A stretch of 64,000 bases of DNA from Macrostomum lignano (Eukaryota): assembly GCA_002269645.1 (NCBI GenBank), contig NIVC01001391.1, positions 1-64,000 on the forward strand, in the 5' to 3' direction. The translations under genes and the position numbers were made by a program. Under the pieces are notes generated by a model. The model had not been told where the DNA came from and searched no databases. It worked only from the letters and a program-made list of their open reading frames with translations. Shown piece after piece: positions 49,003-60,482 of the stretch (positions are counted from its first letter, which is position 1; each line of letters starts with the position of its first letter).

Positions 49003-50088
49003 CAAGAGCCAGTGGGATCAGAGCCAGTGGGATCAGAGCCAGTGGGATCAGAGCCAGTGGGATCAGAGCCAGTGGGATCAGAGCCAGTGGGATCAGAGCC
49101 AGTGGGATCAGAGCCAGTGGGATCAGAGCCAGTGGGATCAGAGCCAGTGGGATCAGAGCCAGTGGGATCAGAGCCAGTGGGATCAGAGCCAGTGGGATCA
49201 GAGCCAGTGGGATCAGAGCCAGTGGGATCAGAGCCAGTGGGATCAGAGCCAGTGGGATCAGAGCCAGTGGGATCAGAGCCAGTGGGATCAGAGCCAGTGG
49301 GATCAGAGCCAGTGGGATCAGAGCCAGTGGGATCAGAGCCAGTGGGATCAGAGCCAGTGGGATCAGAGCCAGTGGGATCAGAGCCAGTGGGATCAGAGCC
49401 AGTGGGATCAGAGCCAGTGGGATCAGAGCCAGTGGGATCAGAGCCAGTGGGATCAGAGCCAGTGGGATCAGAGCCAGTGGGATCAGAGCCAGTGGGATCA
49501 GAGCCAGTGGGATCAGAGCCAGTGGGATCAGAGCCAGTGGGATCAGAGCCAGTGGGATCAGAGCCAGTGGGATCAGAGCCAGTGGGATCAGAGCCAGTGG
49601 GATCAGAGCCAGTGGGATCAGAGCCAGTGGGATCAGAGCCAGTGGGATCAGAGCCAGTGGGATCAGAGCCAGTGGGATCAGAGCCAGTGGGATCAGAGCC
49701 AGTGGGATCAGAGCCAGTGGGATCAGAGCCAGTGGGATCAGAGCCAGTGGGATCAGAGCCAGTGGGATCAGAGCCAGTGGGATCAGAGCCAGTGGGATCA
49801 GAGCCAGTGGGATCAGAGCCAGTGGGATCAGAGCCAGTGGGATCAGAGCCAGTGGGATCAGAGCCAGTGGGATCAGAGCCAGTGGGATCAGAGCCAGTGG
49901 GATCAGAGCCAGTGGGATCAGAGCCAGTGGGATCAGAGCCAGTGGGATCAGAGCCAGTGGGATCAGAGCCAGTGGGATCAGAGCCAGTGGGATCAGAGCC
50001 AGTGGGATTAGAGCCAGTGGGATCAGAGCCAGTGGGATCAGAGCCAGTGGATCAGAGCCAGTGGGATCAGAGCCAGTGGGATCAGAGT
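49003..50088. repeat. 15-bp near-perfect minisatellite (GAGCCAGTGGGATCA), about 72 copies
   Basis: Homogeneous except for variants near 50009 and 50050. Confidence 0.98.
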
Positions 50089-50599
50089 CAGCAAGCAGTT
50101 GGATACAAACGAAGCCGCACTCCATAAGTGCATTGTGAAGCTCCAGGTTTCCAACAGGACTTTATTCCCACTCTTTTATTCCCAACAGGCGGCAGAGCGG
50201 AACTGGCGCAGGTGCAGGCCGTACCCCGTCCCCAAATCCCCCAATCTTCTCTCCAGCCGTGCTCTCCCCCTCCCTGCCTGTTCGGGGGCTCCTGATTAAA
50301 TATTTAACTTCCCAAGCAGCCCGGCACAGAGCTCGTGACTGAGACAGGCGGCAGGGGGACGCCAAAGCCTCTCTGGCCTGACTTTTTGACGCCCCAACCT
50401 GTCCGACAAAATATCGGGAATCAATTCATTTTTTGAAGATTTTTTACCTGCCCAAGGCTCGACAACTCGAAAACTCGGCAATAAACTCAAAACTCTGCGC
50501 CGAAAGGTTGGAGAAGTTCTGTGAGTTTTTGAATTTGCGCGAATTTAAACATTCGATGCTACAGAGACAATTTACGATTCCCGCCGACAATTTTGGACC

Positions 50600-50755
50600 A
50601 TCTGACCCACTGAGCCCTTCAAACTGACCCACTGAGTCCCACAGGCTGACCCACTGAGTCCTTCAGACTGACCCACTGAGTCCTACAGACTGACCCACTG
50701 AATCATTCCTGCTGACCCACTGAGTCCTTCAGACTGACCCATTGAGTCCTTCAGG
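50600..50755. repeat. 22-bp minisatellite (CTGACCCACTGAGTCCTTCAGA), about 7 copies
   Basis: Direct tandem copies just upstream of the GPCR start. Confidence 0.85.
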
Positions 50756-50809
50756 CTTCTCTCAAGAGCTCGGACAGACCCTCGGACACAGCCGGACATC
50801 TGTCAGACG

Positions 50810-52932
50810 ATGGCCGTAGCCAGCGGCTTGGCCGGCCTGGAATTTGCCTACCTGTTGTTCCTCCTCCTGCTGAGCTCGGCCGGCAACTCGGCCACCCTGG
50901 CCGTGGCCGCCGCGCCCCGCTGCCGGGCGGCCCTCAGCCGCACCAACCTCGTCTTCTTCGTCGGCCTGGCCGCCGCCGACCTCCTGACTGGCTTTTCGCT
51001 GCTGCCTGCGGCCGCCGCGGCTCGCCTAAATCTGGCCAGGGCGGCGGCCGGCCTGTCCGGCCACTGGGGCTGCGAGCTGGCCGGCTACCTGGCCGTCTCG
51101 CTGCTGCAGCTGGCCGCCTACCTGCTGCTGGCAGCCGCCTGCGACCACTTCGCCGCCTTCCGCTGGCCGGGACGCTACCCGACGCTGCTGTCCCGGACTC
51201 GCTCCGCCTGCTGGCTGGCCGCACTGACCGGCCTGGCCGTGCTGGTGGCGCTGCCCACCGCCGTGTCCAGCGACCCCGCCAAAGCCACCGCCTTCTCCAA
51301 CTCAACAGGGGCCTGCTTCGTGAACTGGGGCCAGGTGCGGTGGGGGAGCCTCGTGGGGTAGACAGAGACAGTGCTTCCCGTTGGCCTGTACTGAGCTTTC
51401 AGTTTCCGATTCACCCTCTGCTTCACCTGCTTCTCTTCCCTTCGTTTCCGCTTCTCTTCCGTTTCACCCCATTCCACTCCCGCTTCACCCCATCCCATTC
51501 CCGCTTCACCCCATTCCACTCCCGCTTCACCCCACCCCACTCCCGCTTCACCCCATCCCACTCCCGCTTCACCCCATCCCACTCCCGCTTCACCCCATTC
51601 CACTCCCGCTTCACCCCATCCCACTCCCGCTTCACCCCATCCCACTCCCGCTTCACCCCATCCCACTCCCGCTTCACCCCATTCCACTCCCGCTTCACCC
51701 CACCCCACTCCCGCTTCACCCCATCCCACACCCGCTTCACCCCATCCCACTCCCGCTTCACCCCATCCCATTCCCGCTTCACCCCATCCCACTCCCGCTT
51801 CACCCCATTCCACTCCCGCTTCACCCCATCCCACTCCCGCTTCACCCCATCCCACTCCCGCTTCACCCCATCCCACTCCCGCTTCACCCCATTCCACTCC
51901 CGCTTCACCCCATCCCACTCCCGCTTCACCCCATCCCACTCCCGCTTCACCCCATCCCACTCCCGCTTCACCCCATTCCACTCCCGCTTCACCCCATTCC
52001 ACTCCCGCTTCACCCCATCCCACTCCCGCTTCACCCCATCCCACTCCCGCTTCACCCCATCCCACTCCCGCTTCACCCCATCCCATTCCCGCTTCACCCC
52101 ATCCCACTCCCGCTTCACCCCATCCCACTCCCGCTTCACCCCATCCCATTCCCGCTTCACCCCATCCCACTCCCGCTTCACCCCATCCCACTCCCGCTTC
52201 ACCCCATCCCATTCCCGCTTCACCCCATCCCACTCCCGCTTCACCCCATCCCACTCCCGCTTCACCCCATTCGACTTCCGCTTTTTTCTTCGGCATCTGC
52301 TCAAGTGTCCTCGCCGCGGCCCGCAGGAGTCGGGCTACCACCTGGCCGTCTGCTCCGTGGTGCTGCTGCTCGCCCTGCTGGCTGCCTGCGCAACCAACGG
52401 CTACCTGTTGACGCCCAGCTTCCGCCGGATGCGACTTCGCTACCTGACCTTCGAAGGCGAGCTCGACGTTGAGGCGGCAGCGAGCAGCTCCGGCGGTGGC
52501 GGCGGCGGCGGCGGCGGCGGCGACGGCAGCAGCTTTGAAGACACTCGTGAGTCATTTTACCGCGACGTGTTCGCCGCCACAGCGGTGCAGCTGGCCACCT
52601 GGACCGTCTGGGCCTCCGTCCAGGTCGCCGACGCCCGCTCGGGTGGCTCGCTGCCAGCCGCCGCAATTTTCTTCTCCTTCTGGACGGCGGTTGGCAACTG
52701 CGGCTGGCGATTCCTCATCCACTGCGCCTGTCTGAGGGACTTCCGCGTAGCCCTGCGTCTGCTGGCCGCCCAGCTCGCCAGCTGCTGCTGCAGGTGCCGA
52801 AGCCGGGCCGGCGGCGGCGGCGGTGGCAACGGCGGTAGCGGCAACGGCGGCATCAGCGACGATGACAGCGGCGGGTTCGCGTTCCGACCGTGCCCGGCTG
52901 GACACCCGGCCAGCGCGATGGTCGGCCTCTAG
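50810..52932 (+). CDS. Divergent rhodopsin-like (class A) 7TM GPCR, orphan, about 376 aa
   Basis: Exons 50810-51334 and 52327-52932 (CAG|GT donor, CCCGCAG| acceptor, phase 0). TM1 GN, TM2 LAAADLL, TM3 Cys, DHF at the DRY site followed by AxxxP, TM4 W..P, ECL2 Cys, three further hydrophobic helices, helix-8-like DFRVALRLL and a CCC cluster. Confidence 0.8.
51460..52270. repeat. 21-bp C-rich minisatellite (CCCCATCCCACTCCCGCTTCA), about 38 copies, GPCR intron
   Basis: Direct tandem copies; G-tract-rich on the minus strand. Confidence 0.97.
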
Positions 52933-53989
52933 CAGAGCGGCTGGCTGCACCGCCTTCATATACGCTTCCTCGAAATGCGACACTTTTATACTATACTTTA
53001 TTTTTATACTACTGATAGTAGCAGTACTATGACAGCGTTTTTACCGATAATTCTTTTGGTTGCAGGATTTTGAATTTCTATCTGCGTGTGGGATCTTCAT
53101 TCTTGCATTATTATTCACGCAAATATCAGGCAACCGCGCAATGCAAGATAAACAAAGGTCAAGATAGACAAGATAAACCAGTCTCGCCTTCTATTGACAC
53201 AAATTATTTTTAAAGGTATTGTTAGATCAAATTAATTGCTTCAAAGTGTAGTTTACTTCAAGTTAAAAGAAAAAATCATTCATAGTTTCTCAAAGTAAAT
53301 AAAGATTTCCACATTGGCTCCGTAGGCCAGTGTAGAGAAAACTAACGATTGAATTATGAGATATTTAATTGGAGTTAAATTGAAGGAGCAGTAAGTGGGC
53401 GCAGGGCCCAAACCGATATATTTATAGAACATTTAACTTTGGGGGGTTGAGCCTAGAATAATAAAGAGAGGGGGTGGAGTGCGCGACTGAAGAGAGAGGC
53501 GAGAATGGAGAGCCAATCAGAAGGCAGCAAGGGAGAGAGAGATAAGAATAACAAGATTGAGCTGGACAGAGAAGAGAGAAAACAGAGTAAACAGAGACAA
53601 GTGAAGGTGAACTAAAGAAATGACTAGGAAAGTCGCGACACTCCCCCCAAAAAAATGGAACATTTTTTGAATTTTCGAGTACCATTACCAATTGAAATTA
53701 ATGAGTTAGAATTAGGTCGAATTAAATTGAAAAACACATTCACAATAAATGGTGTATAAAACGATTTGAAAAATACATAATGACTAAGAATTTGAATACA
53801 AAAACAGTAGAGCGAATGCAAAATATTTAGACCGAATTTTAAACTTAGATTTTTAATGAGTAGTTTTTGAACCAATGAGAAGACTGAAAAGACTGAATAT
53901 ATCCGCCCTCCCCCCTAAAAATTAATTTAATTTTTTAAATTGTGACTACATGGTGAAAGAAAAAATTGAATGACGAATTAACGAGGCGA

Positions 53990-55550
53990 TCTGGCAGGCG
54001 ATGAGCGAAGAGACGATCCGGCAGGCGATGAGCAAAGAGACGATCCGGCAGGCGAGCCCCGAGGCGCCCCGGCCGAGAATTTGAACCGAGAGAGACCGAG
54101 GACACCGCAGGACGCACCCCCGGCAGACGATGAGCGAAGAGACGATCCGGAAGGCGAGCGAAGAGACGATCCGGCAGGCGAGCCCCGAGGCGCCCCGGCA
54201 GAGAATTGGAAACCGAGAGAGACCGAGGACACCGCAGGACGCACCCCCGGCAGACGATGAGCGAAGAGACGATCCGGAAGGCGATGAGCGAAGAGACGAT
54301 CCGGCAGGCGATGAGCGAAGAGACGATCCGGCAGGCGATGAGCGAAGAGACGATCCGGCAGGCGATGAGCGAAGAGACGATCCGGCAGGCGAGCCCCGCG
54401 GCGCCCCGGCAGAGAATCTGAACCGAGAGAGACCGAGGACACCGCAGGACGCACCCCCGGCAGACGATGAGCGAAGAGACGATCCGGAAGGCGAGCGAAG
54501 AGACGATCCGGCAGGCGAGCCCCGAGGCGCCCCGGCAGAGAATTGGAAACCGAGAGAGACCGAGGACACCGCAGGACGCACCCCCGGCAGACGATGAGCG
54601 AAGAGACGATCCGGAAGGCGATGAGCGAAGAGACGATCCGGCAGGCGATGAGCGAAGAGACGATCCGGCAGGCGATGAGCGAAGAGACGATCCGGCAGGC
54701 GATGAGCGAAGAGACGATCCGGCAGGCGATGAGCGAAGAGACGATCCGGCAGGCGATGAGCGAAGAGACGATCCGGCAGGCGATGAGCGAAGAGACGATC
54801 CGGCAGGCGAGCCCCGCGGCGCCCCGGCAGAGAATCTGAACCGAGAGAGACCGAGGACACCGCAGGACGCACCCCCGGCAGACGATGAGCGAAGAGACGA
54901 TCCGGCAGGCGAGCCCTGAGGTGCCCCGGCCGAGAATTTGAGACCGAGAGAGACCGAGGACACCGCAGGACGCACCCCCGGCAGACGATGAGCGAAGAGA
55001 CGATCCGGAAGGCGAGCGAAGAGACGATCCGGCAGGCGATGAGCGAAGAGACGATCCGGCAGGCGATGAGCGAAGAGACGATCCGGCAGGCGATGAGCGA
55101 AGAGACGATCCGGCAGGCGATGAGCGAAGAGACGATCCGGCAGGCGATGAGCGAAGAGACGATCCGGCAGGCGATGAGCGAAGAGACGATCCGGCAGGCG
55201 ATGAGCGAAGAGACGATCCGGCAGGCGATGAGCGAAGAGACGATCCGGCAGGCGATGAGCGAAGAGACGATCCGGCAGGCGAGCCCCGCGGCGCCCCGGC
55301 AGAGAATCTGAACCGAGAGAGACCGAGGACACCGCAGGACGCACCCCCGGCAGACGATGAGCGAAGAGACGATCCGGCAGGCGAGCCCTGAGGTGCCCCG
55401 GCCGAGAATTTGAGACCGAGAGAGACCGAGGACACCGCAGGACGCACCCCCGGCAGACGAAGCGATGAGGCCGACAGACGAAGCGATGAGGCCGACAGAC
55501 GAAGCGATGAGGCCGACAAACGAAGCGATGAGGCCGACAGACGAAGCGAT
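53990..55550. repeat. Compound satellite inside the LTR element: 27-bp unit runs separated by eight blocks of about 80 bp, then a 21-bp repeat
   Basis: Unit GCGATGAGCGAAGAGACGATCCGGCAG. Blocks begin GCGAGCCC and end GGACGCACCCCCGGCAGA. Confidence 0.95.
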
Positions 55551-55637
55551 GAGAAGACTGGTGGAGGGCTACGACTATGACGATGGCATGGCCTTTGCCA
55601 GCCTTACTGAATTGACTTATAATGACTAAATTATTTT

Positions 55638-55650
55638 ACATTGGGCGCCA
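55638..55650 (-). other. Primer-binding site complementary to the tRNA-Lys(CTT) 3' end
   Basis: TGGCGCCCAATGT immediately after the 5' LTR matches the canonical TGGCGCCCAACGT at 12 of 13 positions. Confidence 0.85.
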
Positions 55651-56011
55651 TGTAGAGAAAACTAACGATTGAATTATGAGATATTTAATTGGAGTTAAAT
55701 TGAAGGAGCAGTAAGTGGGCGCAGGGCCCAAACCGATATATTTATAGAACATTTAACTTTGGGGGGTTGAGCCTAGAATAATAAAGAGAGGGGGTGGAGT
55801 GCGCGACTGAAGAGAGAGGCGAGAATGGAGAGCCAATCAGAAGGCAGCAAGGGAGAGAGAGATAAGAATAACAAGATTGAGCTGGACAGAGAAGAGAGAA
55901 AACAGAGTAAACAGAGACAAGTGAAGGTGAACTAAAGAAATGACTAGGAAAGTCGCGACAGCCAGATTCATGTCAAGATACGATCGAAGCTGCATGCGCA
56001 GCGATCATGAC

Positions 56012-56227
56012 TCAACGAGGGATGCAGATGCCAACGAAGCCCAGCAGCATCAGGCAATTCCGGCTGCAGCAGTCCCTGCTGTAGGCGCACCGCTCGTGCC
56101 GGCCCAGGCAGTAGAATCGTTTGTTTCTGACGCGAGTGCCATTGTTGAGGCCTGAACTTGTGACAGCCTGCGTCAGTAGAATCTGTGCGAGGAGAAGCAC
56201 CACGACAAGGCGTACATAGCAAACCAT
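56012..56227 (-). CDS. Secreted inhibitor-cystine-knot (knottin; conotoxin/calcin-like) peptide precursor, 71 aa
   Basis: Hydrophobic signal peptide MVCYVRLVVVLLLAQILLTQA, propeptide ending RVRNKR (R-X-K-R convertase site), mature FYCLGRHERCAYSRDCCSRNCLMLLGFVGICIPR with C-x6-C-x5-CC-x3-C-x9-C. GC-rich island in AT-rich flanks. Confidence 0.82.
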   Translation of the reverse strand: MVCYVRLVVVLLLAQILLTQAVTSSGLNNGTRVRNKRFYCLGRHERCAYSRDCCSRNCLMLLGFVGICIPR

Positions 56228-58253
56228 GCTATCAGCTGAGGTCTAGATTCAAACTTTAATTAAAAAACCGAGCAATTTTGCGTAAAAAATTATCAAGAAT
56301 TGGAACTTGGTTGATAAATACCTAATTTTTGCGGTCTGTTTGCGATATATAAATATCGGGCACCTAGACAATCTATGGCTTGAATTTAATTGTGCTAATT
56401 TAAATTTCATAATACTGAAAGACATAATTATCTGCGTTCTTCTGTATTTTATTTTGTAAACACTAAACACTCAATATATCCTTTAAATCTTTATGGATCT
56501 ATGTTTTATGAGATGAAACGTGTCTTCTTTTGGAAGCTACGTACATTTTCAAAATAATGGATATTGCAGTGCGGAAGTTAATATTTTGCGACGGATTATT
56601 TTCTTTATAATAGGGTAATACCTGTCGGAATGAGAATTGCCAGTATTCCAGAACTACATATGTACGATTCATTAAAGCAGGCCTATTGAAACAGTAACAT
56701 TTCGGAGTCTTAATTTACAATGTGGCGGCCTAATCAGCACGCAGCCAGCGATTGCGAGTACATCTGCACTGAAACCCCCTGCCCGCCAAGCTGGGGATGG
56801 GTGTACTCGGACAGACAGTCAATATGCTAAGTCGAGGGGGGGTTCGTGCCACCTTTTTGGCGCACCTCCCCATGTGATGATAGCGTGCAGTGCAATTATT
56901 TATACCTGACGCGTAAAGCTTTTACTTTTCTCGCTTGCAACTTACTTCGTTTTTCGCAAGCCGCTAAAATTTTAACATTTCCTTTGAGTGCATTGCTTGG
57001 CAAAAGAATTCAAGCTCAGGCTAACATTTATGTATGACATTTAAGGATTTTATGAGCATTAGTGTGGTTTCAAAAATATCTGCTTTTTTCGCAAGTTGGA
57101 TTACTTTTACAAAGAAATTAAAATATGCATTTCTGATAAAAACAAACAGAAATAAAAAATATATTTTTTAAATGCTTTACTTCAGTCTTAAAATTTTAAA
57201 ATTTAAGAACTTTTCAGTATAATTTGTTATTAATTTCCTGCAAATAAAACAACCGTAAATTTAATTCACAAAAGTAGAATATTTTTATATATCAGATAAA
57301 TTCGCACACTCAGTTTTTCTGTATTGTTATATGATTTAATTCACTTTCGAATTTTCAAAAAAGTGAAATAGCTTTTACTTATGCCCACTACACTAGTGCT
57401 CGAGATAATATAACTTGTCTGTCACTCATTCTGTTGTAGGGCTTAATAACAAATGAAAGTGGTCATTCTTTTTTTCATATGATATTGACTTTCTTTGTAT
57501 TTAGGCCTATATATTTACTGATTTTGATGACAAAGTATTCGACTATTGCTGATTGCTGATTCGACTTGCAATTTTTTAGCCTTTGAATGGTCATAAAAAT
57601 AGTGAACATTTCATACATTGACTATTGTTGTATTGAGAGCTACAATTGATAGTAATTAGGCCTATTGACAGACAAACAAAATCTTTCTAAAAAATTGTTG
57701 CATTGATGCTTCAAAGTTATAAATCTATAATAGGCTATTTATGCTATGATATTTATTTTCGTTTTAAAAAACTTGTATGCTGTTTGTTTTTTTAAGCCAA
57801 GAATATAGATTGTAGCTAATATGAAGCAAGAATTTAAGTTAATGACCAAATTGCCACTTGTGTACATATGCACTTGTGACCTTGGCCAAGTTGGAAATTA
57901 GCTTAAATTATTGCTATTTATTAAACTTCCATTCCTGGATTTTATAACAAAAGGCATAGTAAGTTTTTTATTAAAGTAGTGTATATGCTTTCACATTTAG
58001 TTTCTATATTTTATATAATGTGAATATTTTTATCAATCTTTTATGATAATTCTATTAATAATTGAAAATATACTGTGCTCATTTTTATAATTTGTATCTT
58101 ACAATTTGAGTGATATTTAAAGTCAGACAATCCCATAATCTCAATTCTTGAATCATGTAAATAATTTAAGATTAGGCTTGCTTTTTGACAAATTGTAATT
58201 ATTCAAGATTTTCCAACTTCAGACTGCACAGCATCCCAGCTGATAGCTGAGCA

Positions 58254-60394
58254 ATGGTTTTCAAGTCAAGTCAGTGGCAGATTCTCACTCTGCCTCTCCT
58301 GCTGCTGGCCATCCCAGCCTGCTCAGCGCCTGCTGACACCCCTGAGCAGCAGCAGGTGCTGAAGGTGGAGATGCCTGGCGCAACGCCCACCCATGACGAT
58401 TCTTACCTGTGCTCATCAACCAAAGTCCCGGCAAACGCGGGCAAGGAGCTGTACATCGTGGGCTTCCAGGCCCTCTCCGACATGTCTGTGGCGCACCACG
58501 TGCTGCTGTACGGCTGCCAGCGGCCGCAAGTGGAGCCGGGCAAAGTTGGCGACTGCGGCGGCATCTGCTCCAGCGGCGGCTCCAAGATTGTGTACGCCTG
58601 GGCCCGGAACGCCCCCGAGCTGCGCCTGCCCGCCAACACGGGCTTCGTGATTGGCGGCGCCAGCAGCATCCAGTACATCGTGATCCAGGTGCACTACCTC
58701 CACGGCCGCAGTCAGCCCGACCGCTCCGCTGTGAACCTGCAGCTGAGCAGCCGGCCGCAGCCATTCACAGCCGGCATCTTCCTGATGATGGCCTACAGCG
58801 GCAGCATCCAGCCGGGGGCGCAGCACGCCACCCTGGACGTCTCCTGCAAGTGCGTTCTTGGTAGCAGCCGTGCGGGTGGCTTGCAAAGGGTGGCAGGGGA
58901 CTGGAGTGTCGGAGGGGATACCCGCTGGAGTGTCGGAGGGGATACCCGCTGGAGTGTCGGAGGGGATACCCGCTGGAGTGTCGGAGGGGATACCCTACTG
59001 GGAGTGTCGGAGGGGATACCCTACTGGGAGTGTCGGAGGGGATACCCTGCTGGGAGTGTCGGAGGGGATACCCTGCTGGGAGTGTCGGAGGGGATACCCT
59101 GCTGGGAGTATCGGAGGGGATACCCGCTGGAGTATCGGAGGGGATACCCGCTGGAGTATCGGAGGGGATACCCGCTGGAGTATCGGAGGGGATACCCGCT
59201 GGAGTATCGGAGGGGATACCCTGCTGGGAGTGTCGGAGTCAGCTGGTCTCCTCTCTTGCCCCAGTAAAAACTATGAGCAGTGGCATAAACTTTGTCCAGC
59301 TCAGATTGTAGGCTATTAGATATTGAGCAGCTGTTGCACTTTTACTAATCCTATGGAGAAGCGGACACCCATCCATTATGACTATGCAGGACACGCAGCT
59401 TCCTTCCCAGCCTCCGTACGCATTCTCCATCAAACCCGGGCTCACGGGCCGGCCAGTCTGACAGAGGAATTTTTCTCGCGCGTGCCTCCGCCTATCCAGG
59501 GAATCTGGGTAGAGAGCGGGATAATTATCCCAAAATGACGGGGGCATCGATTTTCCTACCCTCTTCCCCAACTCTGTCTCCGCCTTCCCAAATCTGGAGC
59601 TCCTTCATAAACATTATTTTCTGGTCACAGATGGGACTAACAGGTGCGACCAGGGCCTCACAGCAGATCTAGCTGTAATGAGGATCACAGGAGAAAATTG
59701 GGATGTCTGTTGAAATCTGATTGCAGGCGAGTGTAGTCCGAACTGGCAGAGAATTAATTCCCCACCTCAGGAATACAGCCAGTCTAGTCCGAACTGGCAG
59801 AGAATTAATTCCCCACCTCAGGATTGCAGCCAGTCTAGTCCGAACTGGCAGAGAATTAATTCCCCACCTCAGGATTGCAGCCAGTCTAGTCCGAACTGGC
59901 AGAGAATTAATTCCCCACCTCAGGATTGTCGCCAGTCTAGTCCGAACTGGCAGAGAATTAATTCCCCACCTCAGGATTGTCGCCAGTCTAGTCCGAACTG
60001 GCAGAGAATTAATTCCCCACCTCAGGATTGCAGCCAGTCTAGTCCGAACTGGCAGAGAATTAATTCCCCACCTCAGGATTGTCGCCAGTCTAGTCCGAAC
60101 TGGCAGAGAATTAATTCCCCACCTCAGGATTGCAGCCAGTCTAGTCCGAACTGGCAGAGAATTAATTCCCCACCTTAGGAATACAGCCAGTCTAGTCCGA
60201 ACTGGCAGAGAATTAATTCCCCACCTCAGGAATACAGCCAGTCTAGTCCGAACTGGCAGAGAATTAATTCCCCACCCAGTATTTTATTTATGCCAGTTGT
60301 CCTGTGCCCGAGAGGAATGACAGCTCTTCAACCTGGAGCATACTTTTATTACAACTTATCCCCAATGGCCTTGGCTCACGCAGCAAACATCTGG

Positions 60395-60482
<88 letters not shown>

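Larger units (their letters stand above)
53331..55960 (-). mobile_element. Young non-autonomous LTR retroelement (TRIM/LARD-like), 2630 bp
   Basis: Identical 310-bp LTRs at 53331-53640 and 55651-55960, both TG..CA. 5-bp TSD GCCAG at 53326-53330 and 55961-55965. Minus-strand PBS TGGCGCCCAATGT (55650-55638) and PPT GGGGGGAG (53648-53641). The LTR carries CCAAT, TATAAATA and ATTAAA on the minus strand. No gag/pol. Confidence 0.93.

Noticed and set aside
51340-52932. 530-aa ORF as a single-exon protein with an FTPSHSR repeat
   Set aside because: Its 5' part is the GPCR intron array. Splicing 51334 to 52327 gives a coherent 7TM protein.
53990-55456. CRISPR-like repeat/spacer look of the LTR-internal array (also the palindromic 32-bp array)
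   Set aside because: The intervening blocks are copies of each other rather than unique spacers, there are no cas genes, and the context is eukaryotic.
53331-55960. Retrozyme (hammerhead-bearing LTR element)
   Set aside because: GATGAGCGAAG in the unit superficially recalls the core, but there is no CTGANGA-stem II-GAAA arrangement on either strand.
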